The notes: generated from the letters alone by a model not told the origin. Positions 36,483-46,513 are shown, counted from the stretch's first letter. The stretch is DNA of 64,000 bases from a candidate division FCPU426 bacterium (GCA_963719085.1 CAVRAL010000001.1:512001-576000); one strand, 5' to 3'. Numbers and translations are program-made.

Positions 36483-37406
36483 ATGAACTCTCGAAAAATC
36501 CTATTTCTTTTCGTGCTGCTTTTGGCGGGCGGTTGGGGTTGTAAAAACAACTCGACCACCTCTCCCAATTCGGCTCATCCCGTGGACTTTACGGTAGGCC
36601 AGTTCGGGTCCGGTTTTGACGATTTAAATGTTCCGGCCGGGATTGATGTCGATGGCTCGGATAATCTTTACGTTTCAGATTTTGGGAACAACCGCATTAA
36701 ACAATACAACTCAAACGGCACATGCTTGATGACTTGGAGTTCGGCGGCGGCAAGCGTGAGCAATGTGGCTGCCACTATTCAATCGCCTTATGGTTTGCGA
36801 TTGGACGCGGGAAGCAATGTGTTTGAGGTGGATAAAAATGGAAGGCAAATTCAGGAATTTTCCACCTTGGGCGTTTTCTCGAAGAAGTGGGCCCAGCCTG
36901 CCGGGGCCCTTTCGGCTTGGTTGGCGATCAATAAGACATCGGGGGACATTTATGTGACCGATGGGCCGAATTACGAAGTTCACCATTATGATAACGCCGG
37001 AAATTTAATCGGATCATTTGGGCAGCTCGGTTCAGGCCCCGCTATCGGGGATTTCGATGGAATCGGCGGCATCGCTATCGATTCTTCGGGCCAGGTTTAC
37101 GTGGTCGATGAGGGGTCGCGGCGCATTGAGATATTCACTGCGGCGGGAGCTCCGGTGACGGCTTGGAGTTTGGGAGTACGGTCCCCGGTCGGAGGAGTTC
37201 AGTTTGACCATTCGGGAAATCTCTGGGTGATGGATACGGATAATCAGACGATCCTGGAATTTAATTCAACGGGCACGCTGATCCAGACCTGGAAAAACCC
37301 GGAAGGGCAAGCGCAGCCAACCGATATCGCTTTTGACAGTACTGGGGCAATCTGGGTGAGTTACCAAGACACGGGGCAAGCTTTTCTGGTGAAATACGCC
37401 CATTAA
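36483..37406 (+). CDS. NHL-repeat beta-propeller lipoprotein
   Basis: Lipobox-like LLAGGWG-C; repeats PAGIDVDGSDNLYVSDFGNNRI, GGIAIDSSGQVYVVDEGSRRI, PTDIAFDSTGAIWV. Confidence 0.85.
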   Translation: MNSRKILFLFVLLLAGGWGCKNNSTTSPNSAHPVDFTVGQFGSGFDDLNVPAGIDVDGSDNLYVSDFGNNRIKQYNSNGTCLMTWSSAAASVSNVAATIQSPYGLRLDAGSNVFEVDKNGRQIQEFSTLGVFSKKWAQPAGALSAWLAINKTSGDIYVTDGPNYEVHHYDNAGNLIGSFGQLGSGPAIGDFDGIGGIAIDSSGQVYVVDEGSRRIEIFTAAGAPVTAWSLGVRSPVGGVQFDHSGNLWVMDTDNQTILEFNSTGTLIQTWKNPEGQAQPTDIAFDSTGAIWVSYQDTGQAFLVKYAH

Positions 37407-37460
37407 ATTAAGTGTGGCCGCCTTGGAGAAGAAGACAATCCCGTTGGAAGAGGTAATTCT

Positions 37461-37661
37461 GTGATCAAGGTAACCCGCTTAAACGGCCAAGAAGTTTATG
37501 TGAACGCCGATTTGATTCTTTTCGTGGAAAGCTCGCCGGAGACTATTTTGACCCTGGAAAACGGTAAGAAAGTCACCGTGAAAGAAACCATCCCGCAGGT
37601 CATCGATCGGGTGGTGGAGTTTAAGGCCAGATGTTTCCCCAAAGCCGTTAGTTCTAGTTGA
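37461..37661 (+). CDS. flbD: Flagellar FlbD/SwrD family protein
   Basis: MIKVTRLNG...NADLI..VE..PET.LTL.NGKK..VKE. Confidence 0.92.
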   Translation: MIKVTRLNGQEVYVNADLILFVESSPETILTLENGKKVTVKETIPQVIDRVVEFKARCFPKAVSSS

Positions 37662-37725
37662 GATAGCTAACTCGTTTTCCCTTTATAAATATTGCTTTTA
37701 AACCCTAAGGGCTTGCCCATTTTAA

Positions 37726-37754
37726 TTGCGTCAATTCCCATAAAGATTGATAAT
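37726..37754 (+). promoter_or_regulatory. Possible sigma70 promoter for surface protein/PorV-like operon
   Basis: TTGCGT-N17-GATAAT in AT-rich intergenic region. Confidence 0.4.
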
Positions 37755-37849
37755 GATAGTAAGATTCTTGCTAGGTTCATTTTATCCGCTCTCATAACGG
37801 TATCAGGTTTGGCGCCGCGAAATGAGGTCTTTTAAAGAGTTTCAAGGAG

Positions 37850-39331
37850 TTGTTCGTGAATCTTATTAAGACAATTGATCTGTTGTCGCCTGCCCGTCGG
37901 CTTTTACTTTTGTTTATTCCTTTTTTCTTTTTGGGTATTTCCCAATCCTTCGCCCAAGTAACAACTTATGACGATTTTCCGACGGGTGATTCGCCGGTCA
38001 GTAATTGGAGCGTTTCGACCGCGGGCGGGCCCTCAAGTTTTGGAGCGACGTTGGTGTTCGACACCGGCGGTGGACCTCCAGCGGATCCCGCGGCGGGAAC
38101 CGCTTCCAACGCGGCTCTTTCCTGTGTGGGCAATTGTACGGCGACCCAAAATGTGACACTGACCTTTTCCAATGCCGGGTCCACCGCTTTTCAAAATTTC
38201 GTGGCCATTGACGTGTATCCGGAAGGAACAGTCAACCAGGCTATCGCGATGTATGTCAGCGATGGATCAACCACCGTCCAAGCCCCGGCGAAAGACGCTT
38301 ATTATTGCCAGGGCGGGACCGAACTTCCGAGCGCGAACTGTATTTTTGGCCGTTGGAACACCGTTTATATTGACCTGACTTCTTCCGGATTGGCGAATAT
38401 TTCCACGGTTCAATTGGTAGTCATCGGCGCGAACTCTTTGGATGCCCAGCCGATTTTTTATGATTATCTGCGCGCTTGCACCATCAATCCGGCGGTGATC
38501 GCGGGTTGCATTACCCCGACGCCTTCGTTGACTTTTACGCCGACCGTGCCGCCGACAGCGACACGAACCCCGTCCCCTACGAAAACCCCCACGGTCACCT
38601 GGACCCAAACGCCCACGAATACTTTTACGGTGACCCTGACACCCACGGTAACCTTGACTCCTACGCCCACTGTGACTTTGACCAAAACCGTGACGCCGAC
38701 GATCACTTTCACCTTCACTCCGGTTCCAACCTCTACTCCGACCCAAACGCCGGTTCCCAGCTCGACCGCGACCAGTACCTTCACCATCAGCCCGACACCG
38801 ACCAAAACCTTCACCTGGACGCTGACCCCGACGCATACTCTGCCTCCGACCCTGACGCCCACCCTTTCACCGACCGTCACTTTGTCGCCGACTAAAACCG
38901 TGACTCAAACCCCGACTTTCACCATAACGATTTCACCGACCTTTACTCCCACCTTTACGCCGACGGTGACCCTGACGCGCACCAGCACCAACACGCCCGG
39001 ACCCACTGCGACCGCCACCCCCACTTGCCCCAGCCCCCTGTTTCCGAATCCCGTGGATTTCACCGTTGGGCACCGGCCCGTCCAATGCCCGGGTGCCAGC
39101 AATTGCGTGGTCTTTGATTGTTTAACCGCGGGCTCCACATTGAAGATCTACACCATCGCCTTGTCCCTGGTGCGCGAGTTTGATTCCACGGGAACGGTGG
39201 TCACCTGGGATGGATTAAACGGGGAAGAGGATCCGGTCGCGGCCGGCGTTTATTTCTATATCATCCAAGACCCGAAAGGAAACAGGACCATCGGGAAATT
39301 CGCGGTTTCGCACGCTAGGACGAATCCCTAA
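37850..39331 (+). CDS. Secreted protein: Cys-containing beta-rich N-domain, long Thr/Pro linker, C-terminal T9SS type-A CTD/FlgD-Ig-like domain
   Basis: Signal peptide ending SFA-Q; ~170-aa TPT repeats; LFPNP...TLKIYTIALSLVREF..VTWDGLNGEEDPVAAGVYFYII. Confidence 0.8.
   Translation: MFVNLIKTIDLLSPARRLLLLFIPFFFLGISQSFAQVTTYDDFPTGDSPVSNWSVSTAGGPSSFGATLVFDTGGGPPADPAAGTASNAALSCVGNCTATQNVTLTFSNAGSTAFQNFVAIDVYPEGTVNQAIAMYVSDGSTTVQAPAKDAYYCQGGTELPSANCIFGRWNTVYIDLTSSGLANISTVQLVVIGANSLDAQPIFYDYLRACTINPAVIAGCITPTPSLTFTPTVPPTATRTPSPTKTPTVTWTQTPTNTFTVTLTPTVTLTPTPTVTLTKTVTPTITFTFTPVPTSTPTQTPVPSSTATSTFTISPTPTKTFTWTLTPTHTLPPTLTPTLSPTVTLSPTKTVTQTPTFTITISPTFTPTFTPTVTLTRTSTNTPGPTATATPTCPSPLFPNPVDFTVGHRPVQCPGASNCVVFDCLTAGSTLKIYTIALSLVREFDSTGTVVTWDGLNGEEDPVAAGVYFYIIQDPKGNRTIGKFAVSHARTNP
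38513..39025 (+). repeat. Coding low-complexity Thr/Pro (T-x-T-P-T) repeat
   Basis: Degenerate repeats TPTVTLTPT, TPTFTPT, TPTKTFTWT. Confidence 0.9.
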
Positions 39332-39333
39332 TC

Positions 39334-40305
39334 ATGATCCCGACTTCTTCGCGCTTGCGCCGGATACTTATTTTTTCATTTTTTTTATCGCTCGGGTTCA
39401 ACCAACTCGCCCAGGCCCAAACCGGCGGCCGGAGCGCTTTCGAGTTTTTGAAAATTTCGCCATTCTCCCGCGCGGTCGGGATGGGGGAAGCTTATTCGGC
39501 GGTGGGTGATGATGTGGCGTCCATTCAATACAATCCGGCCGGTTTGGCCAGTATCTTAAACAACGAACTGGATTTCACTTATCTGTCGCTTTACCAGGGG
39601 GTCAATTTTGAGTCGGTGGCCGTCGCGGTCCCCTTGGAGACTCAGTTACCCGGGATCGGCGGCGTGGTGGCGGCCAATGTGAATATCGTCCAAGGCGGAT
39701 CTTTTCAGCGAACCGATGATTCGGGCAACCCGAACGGGACCTTTACGACGGGCGATGATATTGTGACCTTGGCTTACGCGAAGTCTTTTGGCATGGTTCA
39801 ATTGGGTGCTTCCGGAAAATTCATTCAACAGCAAATTGACACGGTCACCAACACCCTTTTCGCGGCCGACGCCGGGGTCGTGGTAACGCCTTCGTTTCCG
39901 GGGATGCGGGTGGGACTTTCGATTAAAAACATCGGGGCCCAAGACAACAGCGACTATGATTTGCCCATGATCTTGGACGCGGCGATTTCTTACCGCCGCT
40001 ACGAGCTTTTTACCTATCAGGACGACGGGGCCATCAGCGTTGAGACCGATTTTCCGATCCATCCGATCGAGGATCAGGTCGGAATGAGGGTCGGAGCCGA
40101 GTATAATTTTAAGTGGGTGGGAAGCCGGGCGACCTTGCGGATGGGCTATAAGTTTTTGGATCAGAATCTTTCGGGCACCGGGTTCACGGTGGGGGCGGGC
40201 TATTCTTTGGATTTGGACGGCGCCGTGGTTTTCCTGGATTACGCGTTCGCGCCCGAGGATGTTTTTGGGGTGTCGAACCGCCTTTCGCTTTCCACGAAAT
40301 TTTAA
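39334..40305 (+). CDS. PorV/PorQ family outer-membrane beta-barrel
   Basis: AFEFLKISPFSRAVGMGEAYSAVGDDVASIQYNPAGL; ends DYAFAP..FGVSNRLSLSTKF (terminal Phe). Confidence 0.85.
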   Translation: MIPTSSRLRRILIFSFFLSLGFNQLAQAQTGGRSAFEFLKISPFSRAVGMGEAYSAVGDDVASIQYNPAGLASILNNELDFTYLSLYQGVNFESVAVAVPLETQLPGIGGVVAANVNIVQGGSFQRTDDSGNPNGTFTTGDDIVTLAYAKSFGMVQLGASGKFIQQQIDTVTNTLFAADAGVVVTPSFPGMRVGLSIKNIGAQDNSDYDLPMILDAAISYRRYELFTYQDDGAISVETDFPIHPIEDQVGMRVGAEYNFKWVGSRATLRMGYKFLDQNLSGTGFTVGAGYSLDLDGAVVFLDYAFAPEDVFGVSNRLSLSTKF

Positions 40306-40317
40306 AAGGGTCAACGA

Positions 40318-41325
40318 ATGACCGCGAGGTTTTCCTTAATGAAAAGCGTTTTATTTTCGATTGCCCTATGTTTTTGGGCTTTTCAGGCTTTGGCCCAAGG
40401 CGTGGGAACGACCACGGGGGATATTTTAAAAATTAACCTGGGGGACCGGCCCGCCGGCATGGCGGGGGTTTATACGGCCATGGGGGACGACTCTTACTCC
40501 ATTGATTACAATCCGGCCGGATTGGCGCTTTTAAGATCCACGCAGTTGATTGTGCTGCACTTGGACAGCCTGGCCCAAATTCAATACGAGTATTTGACTT
40601 TCGCCACGCCTTTAGGCATCGACAATACGGTGGCGGCCAACTTGATTTACCGCCATATGCCGCCCATTGACAATAACAATGGAAATCCGGCGGTCAATGC
40701 GGACGATTTTTTGGCCGAAGCCACTTTCGCCCATGTCTTTTCGACCTCGTTAAGGGTGGGCGGGACGATTAAATTCCTCAAAAGTGATTTGGCGAACTAT
40801 ACGGCCTCCGCTTTTTGCGGGGACCTGGGGGTTCAATTGGATAAACTGCCCTATGGCATCCGGGTGGGTCTTGCGATCCAAAACCTGGGGCCGGGTATGA
40901 CGTTCGCGCCCCCGGGCACTTCGCCGCCGCCGAATACGCCTTCCGAACCCTTGCCCATGTTCATCCGTTTGGGGATTGGGACCCATCAGGTGATTGATTC
41001 GACCAAGGATTTAAATTTGGGCGTTGAGATTTTCAAGCCCAGCGACCAAAGCATCAAGGCGGCTTTTGGGGGCGAATTTTGGATTTTCCCCCAGCTGTTC
41101 GCGGTCCGCGCCGGATATAAAATTGAGAATTTTGGCTCCATCCCCTCGGACGCTTCCGCCAACGTTTTCCAGTATTACACCTTGGGCTGCACTTTGACGC
41201 GCCGTGTGGACGATAACGATTTTTCGCTCGACTTGGCCTACGACCCGGGGAATTTTGGCGAGACGGTGGAGGACACTTTTTCTTTCGCGCTCAACTTTAA
41301 GTTTAATGAATTCCGGATTTTTTGA
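40318..41325 (+). CDS. PorV/PorQ family outer-membrane beta-barrel
   Basis: ILKINLGDRPAGMAGVYTAMGDDSYSIDYNPAGL; GLAIQNLG; terminal Phe. Confidence 0.85.
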   Translation: MTARFSLMKSVLFSIALCFWAFQALAQGVGTTTGDILKINLGDRPAGMAGVYTAMGDDSYSIDYNPAGLALLRSTQLIVLHLDSLAQIQYEYLTFATPLGIDNTVAANLIYRHMPPIDNNNGNPAVNADDFLAEATFAHVFSTSLRVGGTIKFLKSDLANYTASAFCGDLGVQLDKLPYGIRVGLAIQNLGPGMTFAPPGTSPPPNTPSEPLPMFIRLGIGTHQVIDSTKDLNLGVEIFKPSDQSIKAAFGGEFWIFPQLFAVRAGYKIENFGSIPSDASANVFQYYTLGCTLTRRVDDNDFSLDLAYDPGNFGETVEDTFSFALNFKFNEFRIF

Positions 41326-41397
41326 CCCAAAGGCCGCCGGCGCGCTTTCGTCTTTCGAGTAAACTTTTTCAACCGGCTTCTTGATCCAAGGTACCAA

Positions 41398-41426
41398 TTG
41401 ACAAGCACCGCGTCCCTTGATAATCT
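41398..41426 (+). promoter_or_regulatory. sigma70 promoter for tRNA-Phe
   Basis: TTGACA-N17-TAATCT with extended -10 TG. Confidence 0.65.
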
Positions 41427-41483
41427 CGTCCCTCTTTTGAGGGCTTTTCGCCGTTATTTTGGTTTAAACTCCTCCTCTTGAAT

Positions 41484-41559
<76 letters not shown>

Positions 41560-41658
41560 TTTTTTCACGTTTTTCTCCCGCTGGCTCCGTCCGTGATGCG
41601 AGCGATCCGTTATAATGAATCCGCTGTTTGAGGCGAAGACTCACTTTTTGAGGTTTTT

Positions 41659-43047
41659 GTGAACCCGATCCCGGAAGACATCCTAAAGCCCTGCGACATC
41701 CGCGGTATTTACCCCAAACCCTTGGGCCCTGCACAGGCCTCCCAAATCGGCATGGCGCTTGGCGTTTTTGTGAAGCAATCGGGAAAAGGCAACATCAAAA
41801 TCGTGGTGGGATGCGACGCGCGGGAATCAGGCGAAATCCTCAAACGCAGCCTCTCCCGGGCATTGGTGGATTCGGGGCTCAAGGTTTATGAAGCCGGTTT
41901 GGTTTCCACCCCGCTTTTGGCTTTCGCGACCCGCCAGGTCGGGGCGGCGGTGGGGGTCATGGTCACCGCTTCCCATAACCCGCCCGAACACAATGGATTC
42001 AAGTTTTTTCCCTTGGGCGTTCCGGCTGGGATCCTTTGGCTCAACCAACTGTATGCGCTGATCCGGGCGGGCCAGTTCCGTAAAGGCGCCGGCGTGAGCG
42101 AAAAAAAAGATTTCCTGCCCGATTACCGAAATACCCTGGTGAACCAGATGGGCCGTCACTTTAAAGGGATCAAGTTGGTGGTGGACCCGGGAAACGGTGT
42201 TTCGGTTTTAACCGCGGCCCCGGTTTTACAGACCCTTCGGTGTGAGATCGATTGGCTGAATCCCAAGTTGGACGGACGTTACCCGGGCCGGGGGGCGGAC
42301 AGCGCGAACCCGATAGGGCTGGCGATGCTGGGAGAGCGGGTCAAAAAAACAAAATCCCAATTGGGCATCGCGTTTGACGGGGATGGGGACCGGATCAGTT
42401 TTGTGGATGAAAAGGGCCGCGTGGTTCCCAATGATTTGATGCTTTGCCTTTTCGCCCAATGGTTTCTTCCCAAAACCCGGCAGCCCAAGGTGGTGTTTGA
42501 CGCCAAATGCTCGGATTGGGTGGAGCGGGTGGCGCAGGAAGTCGGCGCGGAATCGATTTTGGAAAAATCCGGCCACTCCTACATCTTTGACCGGATGCGA
42601 AAAGAAAACGCGATTTTAGGCGGGGAAGACAGCGGCCACTTCTTTTTGCCGGGCGGGTTTCCCGGAGACGCCCTATTCGCGGCGTTGAAAGTTTTGGAAA
42701 TCCTTCAAAAAGAGCGGAAACAACTGTCCGAATTTTTTAAGCGTTATCCGGAAAGGGTTTCCACCCACGACGTGCGGATTCCTTTGGAGGCGGCGGCGGT
42801 GACGGCGATTTATGAGAAGTTAAAATCAAAGGCCGAAGGCCTGGGCGCCAAGGTTTCCACGGTCGACGGAGTTCGGGCCGTGTTTCAAGAGGGGTGGGGG
42901 ATCGCCCGGCGGTCGGTGACCGAGCAGGTTTTATCCCTTCGTTTGGAGGCCTCGTCTTGGCGGCGTTTGGAAGAGCTTGCGGGCCAATGGCTGCAGGAGT
43001 TCCCCGAGATTCAAGCGATGGTCCTCAAGAGCCGCCTGAGCGCATGA
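41659..43047 (+). CDS. Phosphomannomutase/phosphoglucomutase
   Basis: DIRG, TASHNP catalytic Ser, FDGDGDR metal loop, GEDSGH. Confidence 0.92.
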   Translation: MNPIPEDILKPCDIRGIYPKPLGPAQASQIGMALGVFVKQSGKGNIKIVVGCDARESGEILKRSLSRALVDSGLKVYEAGLVSTPLLAFATRQVGAAVGVMVTASHNPPEHNGFKFFPLGVPAGILWLNQLYALIRAGQFRKGAGVSEKKDFLPDYRNTLVNQMGRHFKGIKLVVDPGNGVSVLTAAPVLQTLRCEIDWLNPKLDGRYPGRGADSANPIGLAMLGERVKKTKSQLGIAFDGDGDRISFVDEKGRVVPNDLMLCLFAQWFLPKTRQPKVVFDAKCSDWVERVAQEVGAESILEKSGHSYIFDRMRKENAILGGEDSGHFFLPGGFPGDALFAALKVLEILQKERKQLSEFFKRYPERVSTHDVRIPLEAAAVTAIYEKLKSKAEGLGAKVSTVDGVRAVFQEGWGIARRSVTEQVLSLRLEASSWRRLEELAGQWLQEFPEIQAMVLKSRLSA

Positions 43048-43463
43048 TTTATTGCGTTTTTATCGGAAGCTTTAAAGACGCCCGCCTTTCCCAGTTGGTC
43101 CGCGAATACGGCAAACGCCTGGATCGGCTCTGGCCCGTCACGGTTATCGAACTAAAAGAAAACACCAAAGAGATCCTGAAATTCGTTGAATCTAAAAAGG
43201 GGCGGGCGACCCTGATCTCGTTGGACGCCCACGGCGAGTCATTGAATTCAGCCCAATTCACCAAAAAAGTCACGCAGTCATCGAAAGACCTTTATTTTTT
43301 TGGTTGGGGAGCCTCCGGGCCCGCGCCGGAAGTGGCCGCTCAGTTTGCCCAAAAACTCAGCCTTTCTCCCATGACTTTTTCCCATGAAATGGCCCGGGTC
43401 ATGCTGATGGAACAGCTTTACCGGGCGGGAGCCACGCTAAAAGGCCACCCTTACCCGAAATAA
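43044..43463 (+). CDS. rlmH: 23S rRNA pseudouridine-1915 N3-methyltransferase RlmH
   Basis: LSLSPMTFSHEMARVMLMEQLYRA..GHPYPK; ATGA overlap with upstream stop. Confidence 0.9.
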   Translation: MIYCVFIGSFKDARLSQLVREYGKRLDRLWPVTVIELKENTKEILKFVESKKGRATLISLDAHGESLNSAQFTKKVTQSSKDLYFFGWGASGPAPEVAAQFAQKLSLSPMTFSHEMARVMLMEQLYRAGATLKGHPYPK

Positions 43464-43557
43464 AATCCGGTAAGATGTCCTTGGTTTTGGAAGGGCCGGA
43501 GCCGGTTTGGGTTGGGCTGTCTGAGGAAAACCGCTGGAAGATGGATCAGGAGGGTTT

Positions 43558-44319
43558 ATGAAAATGACGCGAAAACAAATTTTCTATCCCGCTTTTTGCC
43601 TTTTGGCCTTTGCCATTCCGTTGGGCGGCCAGTGCCAAACCCTGGACGCGCCGGAACCGGTTCAATATGTTTTGGAGGACATTCAAGGTTCCGCTGTCCA
43701 GGTTTTAGAGACCGGGACCGATCAATGGGCGGCGGGTGAAGAAGGCGAGGTTTTGGAGTCGGGAGACGAACTCAAGGTGGGCGCGGACAGCCAAGCCACC
43801 TTGATGCTTCAATCCGATACCTCCGTTCTGGTGAGCGCCAACAGCGATGTCAAAATCGATCAAATCGCGGATAATCACAAGGGCGGTTTTTTCAGCCGGC
43901 TTAAAATAACCGCCGGACAATTATTGGCCGACGTGGTGAAGCATTTGGACGAAAGCCAATCGACCTTCGAGGTGGAGGCCAACGGAGTGGTTTGCGGCGT
44001 CCGGGGGACGGCTTTTGAGGTGAGCGCCCAAGGGGATGATGTGCAGACCCTGACCCATGAGGGAACCGTGGATGTCAAAACCGGCGGCCAGGATAATTGG
44101 GTGCGGGCGGGAAACGCCTTCTCTTTTCGAAAAGGACGATTCGCGGGACAGCGGCTTTTGGATCAAGAGGAAATGGGCCGTTTCGCCAAATGGCGTTCTT
44201 ACCGGGAACGCGTGTTTGAAAAACACCGGCAGCGTTTGGAAAATATCCGCAAGGGCGTCCGCCGGGCCTGGGTTCGCCGGGCCCATCGGCGCCGCTTGCG
44301 CCGGGAAATGAACCAATAG
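43558..44319 (+). CDS. FecR-domain exported protein
   Basis: Signal-like N-terminus, GD.LKVGADSQATL, FEVEANGVVCGVRGTAFEV, HEGTVDV. Confidence 0.8.
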   Translation: MKMTRKQIFYPAFCLLAFAIPLGGQCQTLDAPEPVQYVLEDIQGSAVQVLETGTDQWAAGEEGEVLESGDELKVGADSQATLMLQSDTSVLVSANSDVKIDQIADNHKGGFFSRLKITAGQLLADVVKHLDESQSTFEVEANGVVCGVRGTAFEVSAQGDDVQTLTHEGTVDVKTGGQDNWVRAGNAFSFRKGRFAGQRLLDQEEMGRFAKWRSYRERVFEKHRQRLENIRKGVRRAWVRRAHRRRLRREMNQ

Positions 44320-44367
44320 GATTTGGCGCGCCGTGGCTTTTTATAAGAAAACATCGTAGGATTTATC

Positions 44368-44394
44368 GAGAGGGCTTTAAGGCCCTCTCTTTTT
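44368..44394 (+). terminator. Intrinsic terminator after FecR-domain gene
   Basis: GAGAGGGC/GCCCTCTC stem + T5. Confidence 0.75.
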
Positions 44395-44415
44395 ATTTAT
44401 CAGGATAGGGAGTTT

Positions 44416-46470
44416 ATGAACGTTTCCGACCGGCTTTCCACGGTGGTCAAGGGTTTTAAAATTGAGAACCGGCCCCAGCAAAACGACATGGCGGAAGCCG
44501 TGGCCCAAACCCTATTCGAGGGCGGGGTTTTGTTGGCCGAGGCCGGGACCGGAGTGGGCAAAAGCTTCGCTTATTTGCTGCCGGCTTTAGAGCACGCCCT
44601 TCGCCGGGGCGGCCCGGTCGTGGTTTCCACCCATACCCTGACCCTCCAGGAACAGCTTTACCGCAAGGATTTGCCGATTGTGATCAAGGCTTTGGAGGCT
44701 GAGGGACTGGGGCCGATTCAAGCGGTGCTGATGAAAGGCCGGGGCAATTATCTTTCGAAGAGGCGTTTGAAACTGGCGGTTGAGTCCCGGCGGCAAATGG
44801 ATTTCGCCGGCGACAGCGGGGAGGTCATGAAGATCCAGGAATGGGCCTCGGACAGCTTGGAAGGCACGCTTTCAACCGCTGCCTTTCCGATTTCGTCCGA
44901 AGTGTGGACCGAGATTAAAAGCGATCCCTATCATTGCTTGGGTCCCCGCTGCGAGACTTATGACACCTGTTTTTATCATTCGGTCCGGCGGAAAGCCTAT
45001 AACACCCATTTGATCCTGGTCAATCACGCCCTGCTTTTGGCCGATTTGGCTTTGAAAATGGACGAGCAGCCTGGCGTTTTGCCTCCCTATGAGACGCTCA
45101 TTATCGATGAGGCCCATCACCTGCCGGCTTTGGCCGCGGAGCATTTGGCCACTTCGGTCACTTTCTCCGAATGTATGGGCTTGGTGCGCCGACTGCTTTA
45201 CGCTGACGACAAATCCAAAGAAGGTAAAAAAGGATTATTCGCCCTGATCCCGACCTCGGGCGCCGGGGAAGCGGTAATGGATTTTAGAAGCGGCGCGGAG
45301 CGGTTCTTTTCCTTATTAGGGGCGGCCCTAGGGGCTGAAACGGGATCGACCCGGGCCTTTAAATTGCCGGAAAATGCCCCGCCGCTGGAGATGTTGGCCG
45401 ATCCCATCCGCCGAATCGAAAACCTGCTGGAACTGGCCCAATCCTCCGCCACGACCGAGGAGTTGGAACTGGAGGCCAAGGGAACCCGGGAAGAATGCCG
45501 GGGACTGATTCAACGCTTATCTTATATTCTCGACCGGGCTTGGGATGAGGAAGCCTGTTATATCGTGGAACCCGATCCGGCGGCGCTGCGGCGGGGGGAA
45601 ATCCGCGCCGCCTCGGTGAAGGCGGTTCCCTTGGACGCCTCAGCCCTTATCCGGGAACATTTGCTTTCTTCGGTGAAGTCGGTGGTTTTCACCAGCGCGA
45701 CCCTTTCGGTGGGAAAAGATTTCTCCTATTTCAAACACGCCTTAGGTTTGGACGACGGGGAACTGGCGCTTCCGGTCCACACGCTCCAAGCCGGGTCACC
45801 CTTTAATTTTAAGAAGCAAGTCACGCTTTTTCTGCCCCGCTCCATGCCCCATCCCCGCAAGGAAGAGGCGAAATACAACGAGGCGGTGATCGACTATATC
45901 CGGGCTTCCCTGAAAATCTCCCATGGCAAGGCCTTCGTCTTATTTACCAGCTTTAAAATGCTTCGGTTGGTGGCGGAAGCCATTCGGCCGGACCTGGATA
46001 AAATGGGCATTACGCTTTTGGTTCAAGGCGAGGACGGCTGGGACCGCACCAAACTGCTCCAGGTTTTCCGGGAGGACATTCATTCGGTGTTGTTGGGGGT
46101 GAACAGTTTTTGGGAGGGGGTGGATGTTCCCGGCGAGGCGCTTTCCAATCTCATCATTACCAAACTGCCTTTCCAAGTTCCCGAAGGACCCCTGGTCGAG
46201 GCCCGGCACGCTCGGCTTAAAGAACAGGGAATGGAACCCTTCCAAGTCGAAAGCCTGCCGGAGGCGGTCTTGCGCTTAAAACAAGGCTTCGGCCGCTTGA
46301 TTCGAAGCGCCACCGATGTGGGAACGGTGACCATTTTGGACCCCCGTTTGACCAGCGAACGTTGGGGTAAAATATTTTTGAACGCTTTACCGGAGTGTGA
46401 AACCGTTTTTCTCTCAAAACCAGGGACGCCGGAAGCCGCGAAAGTTTCCCGAAGCGGTAAAAAGGGCTAA
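44416..46470 (+). CDS. dinG: DinG/YoaA family ATP-dependent DNA helicase
   Basis: Q motif [41 protein letters not shown]. Confidence 0.88.
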   Translation: MNVSDRLSTVVKGFKIENRPQQNDMAEAVAQTLFEGGVLLAEAGTGVGKSFAYLLPALEHALRRGGPVVVSTHTLTLQEQLYRKDLPIVIKALEAEGLGPIQAVLMKGRGNYLSKRRLKLAVESRRQMDFAGDSGEVMKIQEWASDSLEGTLSTAAFPISSEVWTEIKSDPYHCLGPRCETYDTCFYHSVRRKAYNTHLILVNHALLLADLALKMDEQPGVLPPYETLIIDEAHHLPALAAEHLATSVTFSECMGLVRRLLYADDKSKEGKKGLFALIPTSGAGEAVMDFRSGAERFFSLLGAALGAETGSTRAFKLPENAPPLEMLADPIRRIENLLELAQSSATTEELELEAKGTREECRGLIQRLSYILDRAWDEEACYIVEPDPAALRRGEIRAASVKAVPLDASALIREHLLSSVKSVVFTSATLSVGKDFSYFKHALGLDDGELALPVHTLQAGSPFNFKKQVTLFLPRSMPHPRKEEAKYNEAVIDYIRASLKISHGKAFVLFTSFKMLRLVAEAIRPDLDKMGITLLVQGEDGWDRTKLLQVFREDIHSVLLGVNSFWEGVDVPGEALSNLIITKLPFQVPEGPLVEARHARLKEQGMEPFQVESLPEAVLRLKQGFGRLIRSATDVGTVTILDPRLTSERWGKIFLNALPECETVFLSKPGTPEAAKVSRSGKKG

Positions 46471-46513
46471 ATTGTTCGTTGAAGGGCCCCGGTTTACCTG
46501 TAAAATAAATTCC

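Noticed and set aside
37749..37767. Fur-box-like GATAATGATAGTAAGATTC
   Set aside because: Only the left half matches well, it coincides with a plausible -10 element in AT-rich DNA, and there are no iron-uptake genes downstream.
38464..39138. Val/Gly-repeat minus-strand ORFs; possible CRISPR or tandem DNA repeat
   Set aside because: Reverse complement of the Thr/Pro linker; no identical repeats with unique spacers.
42894..43043. N-terminal extensions in the ORF track (rlmH from 42894, ruvB from 46397, permease from 49803, tgt from 60514)
   Set aside because: They overlap upstream genes; downstream ATGs match family N-termini and translational-coupling positions.
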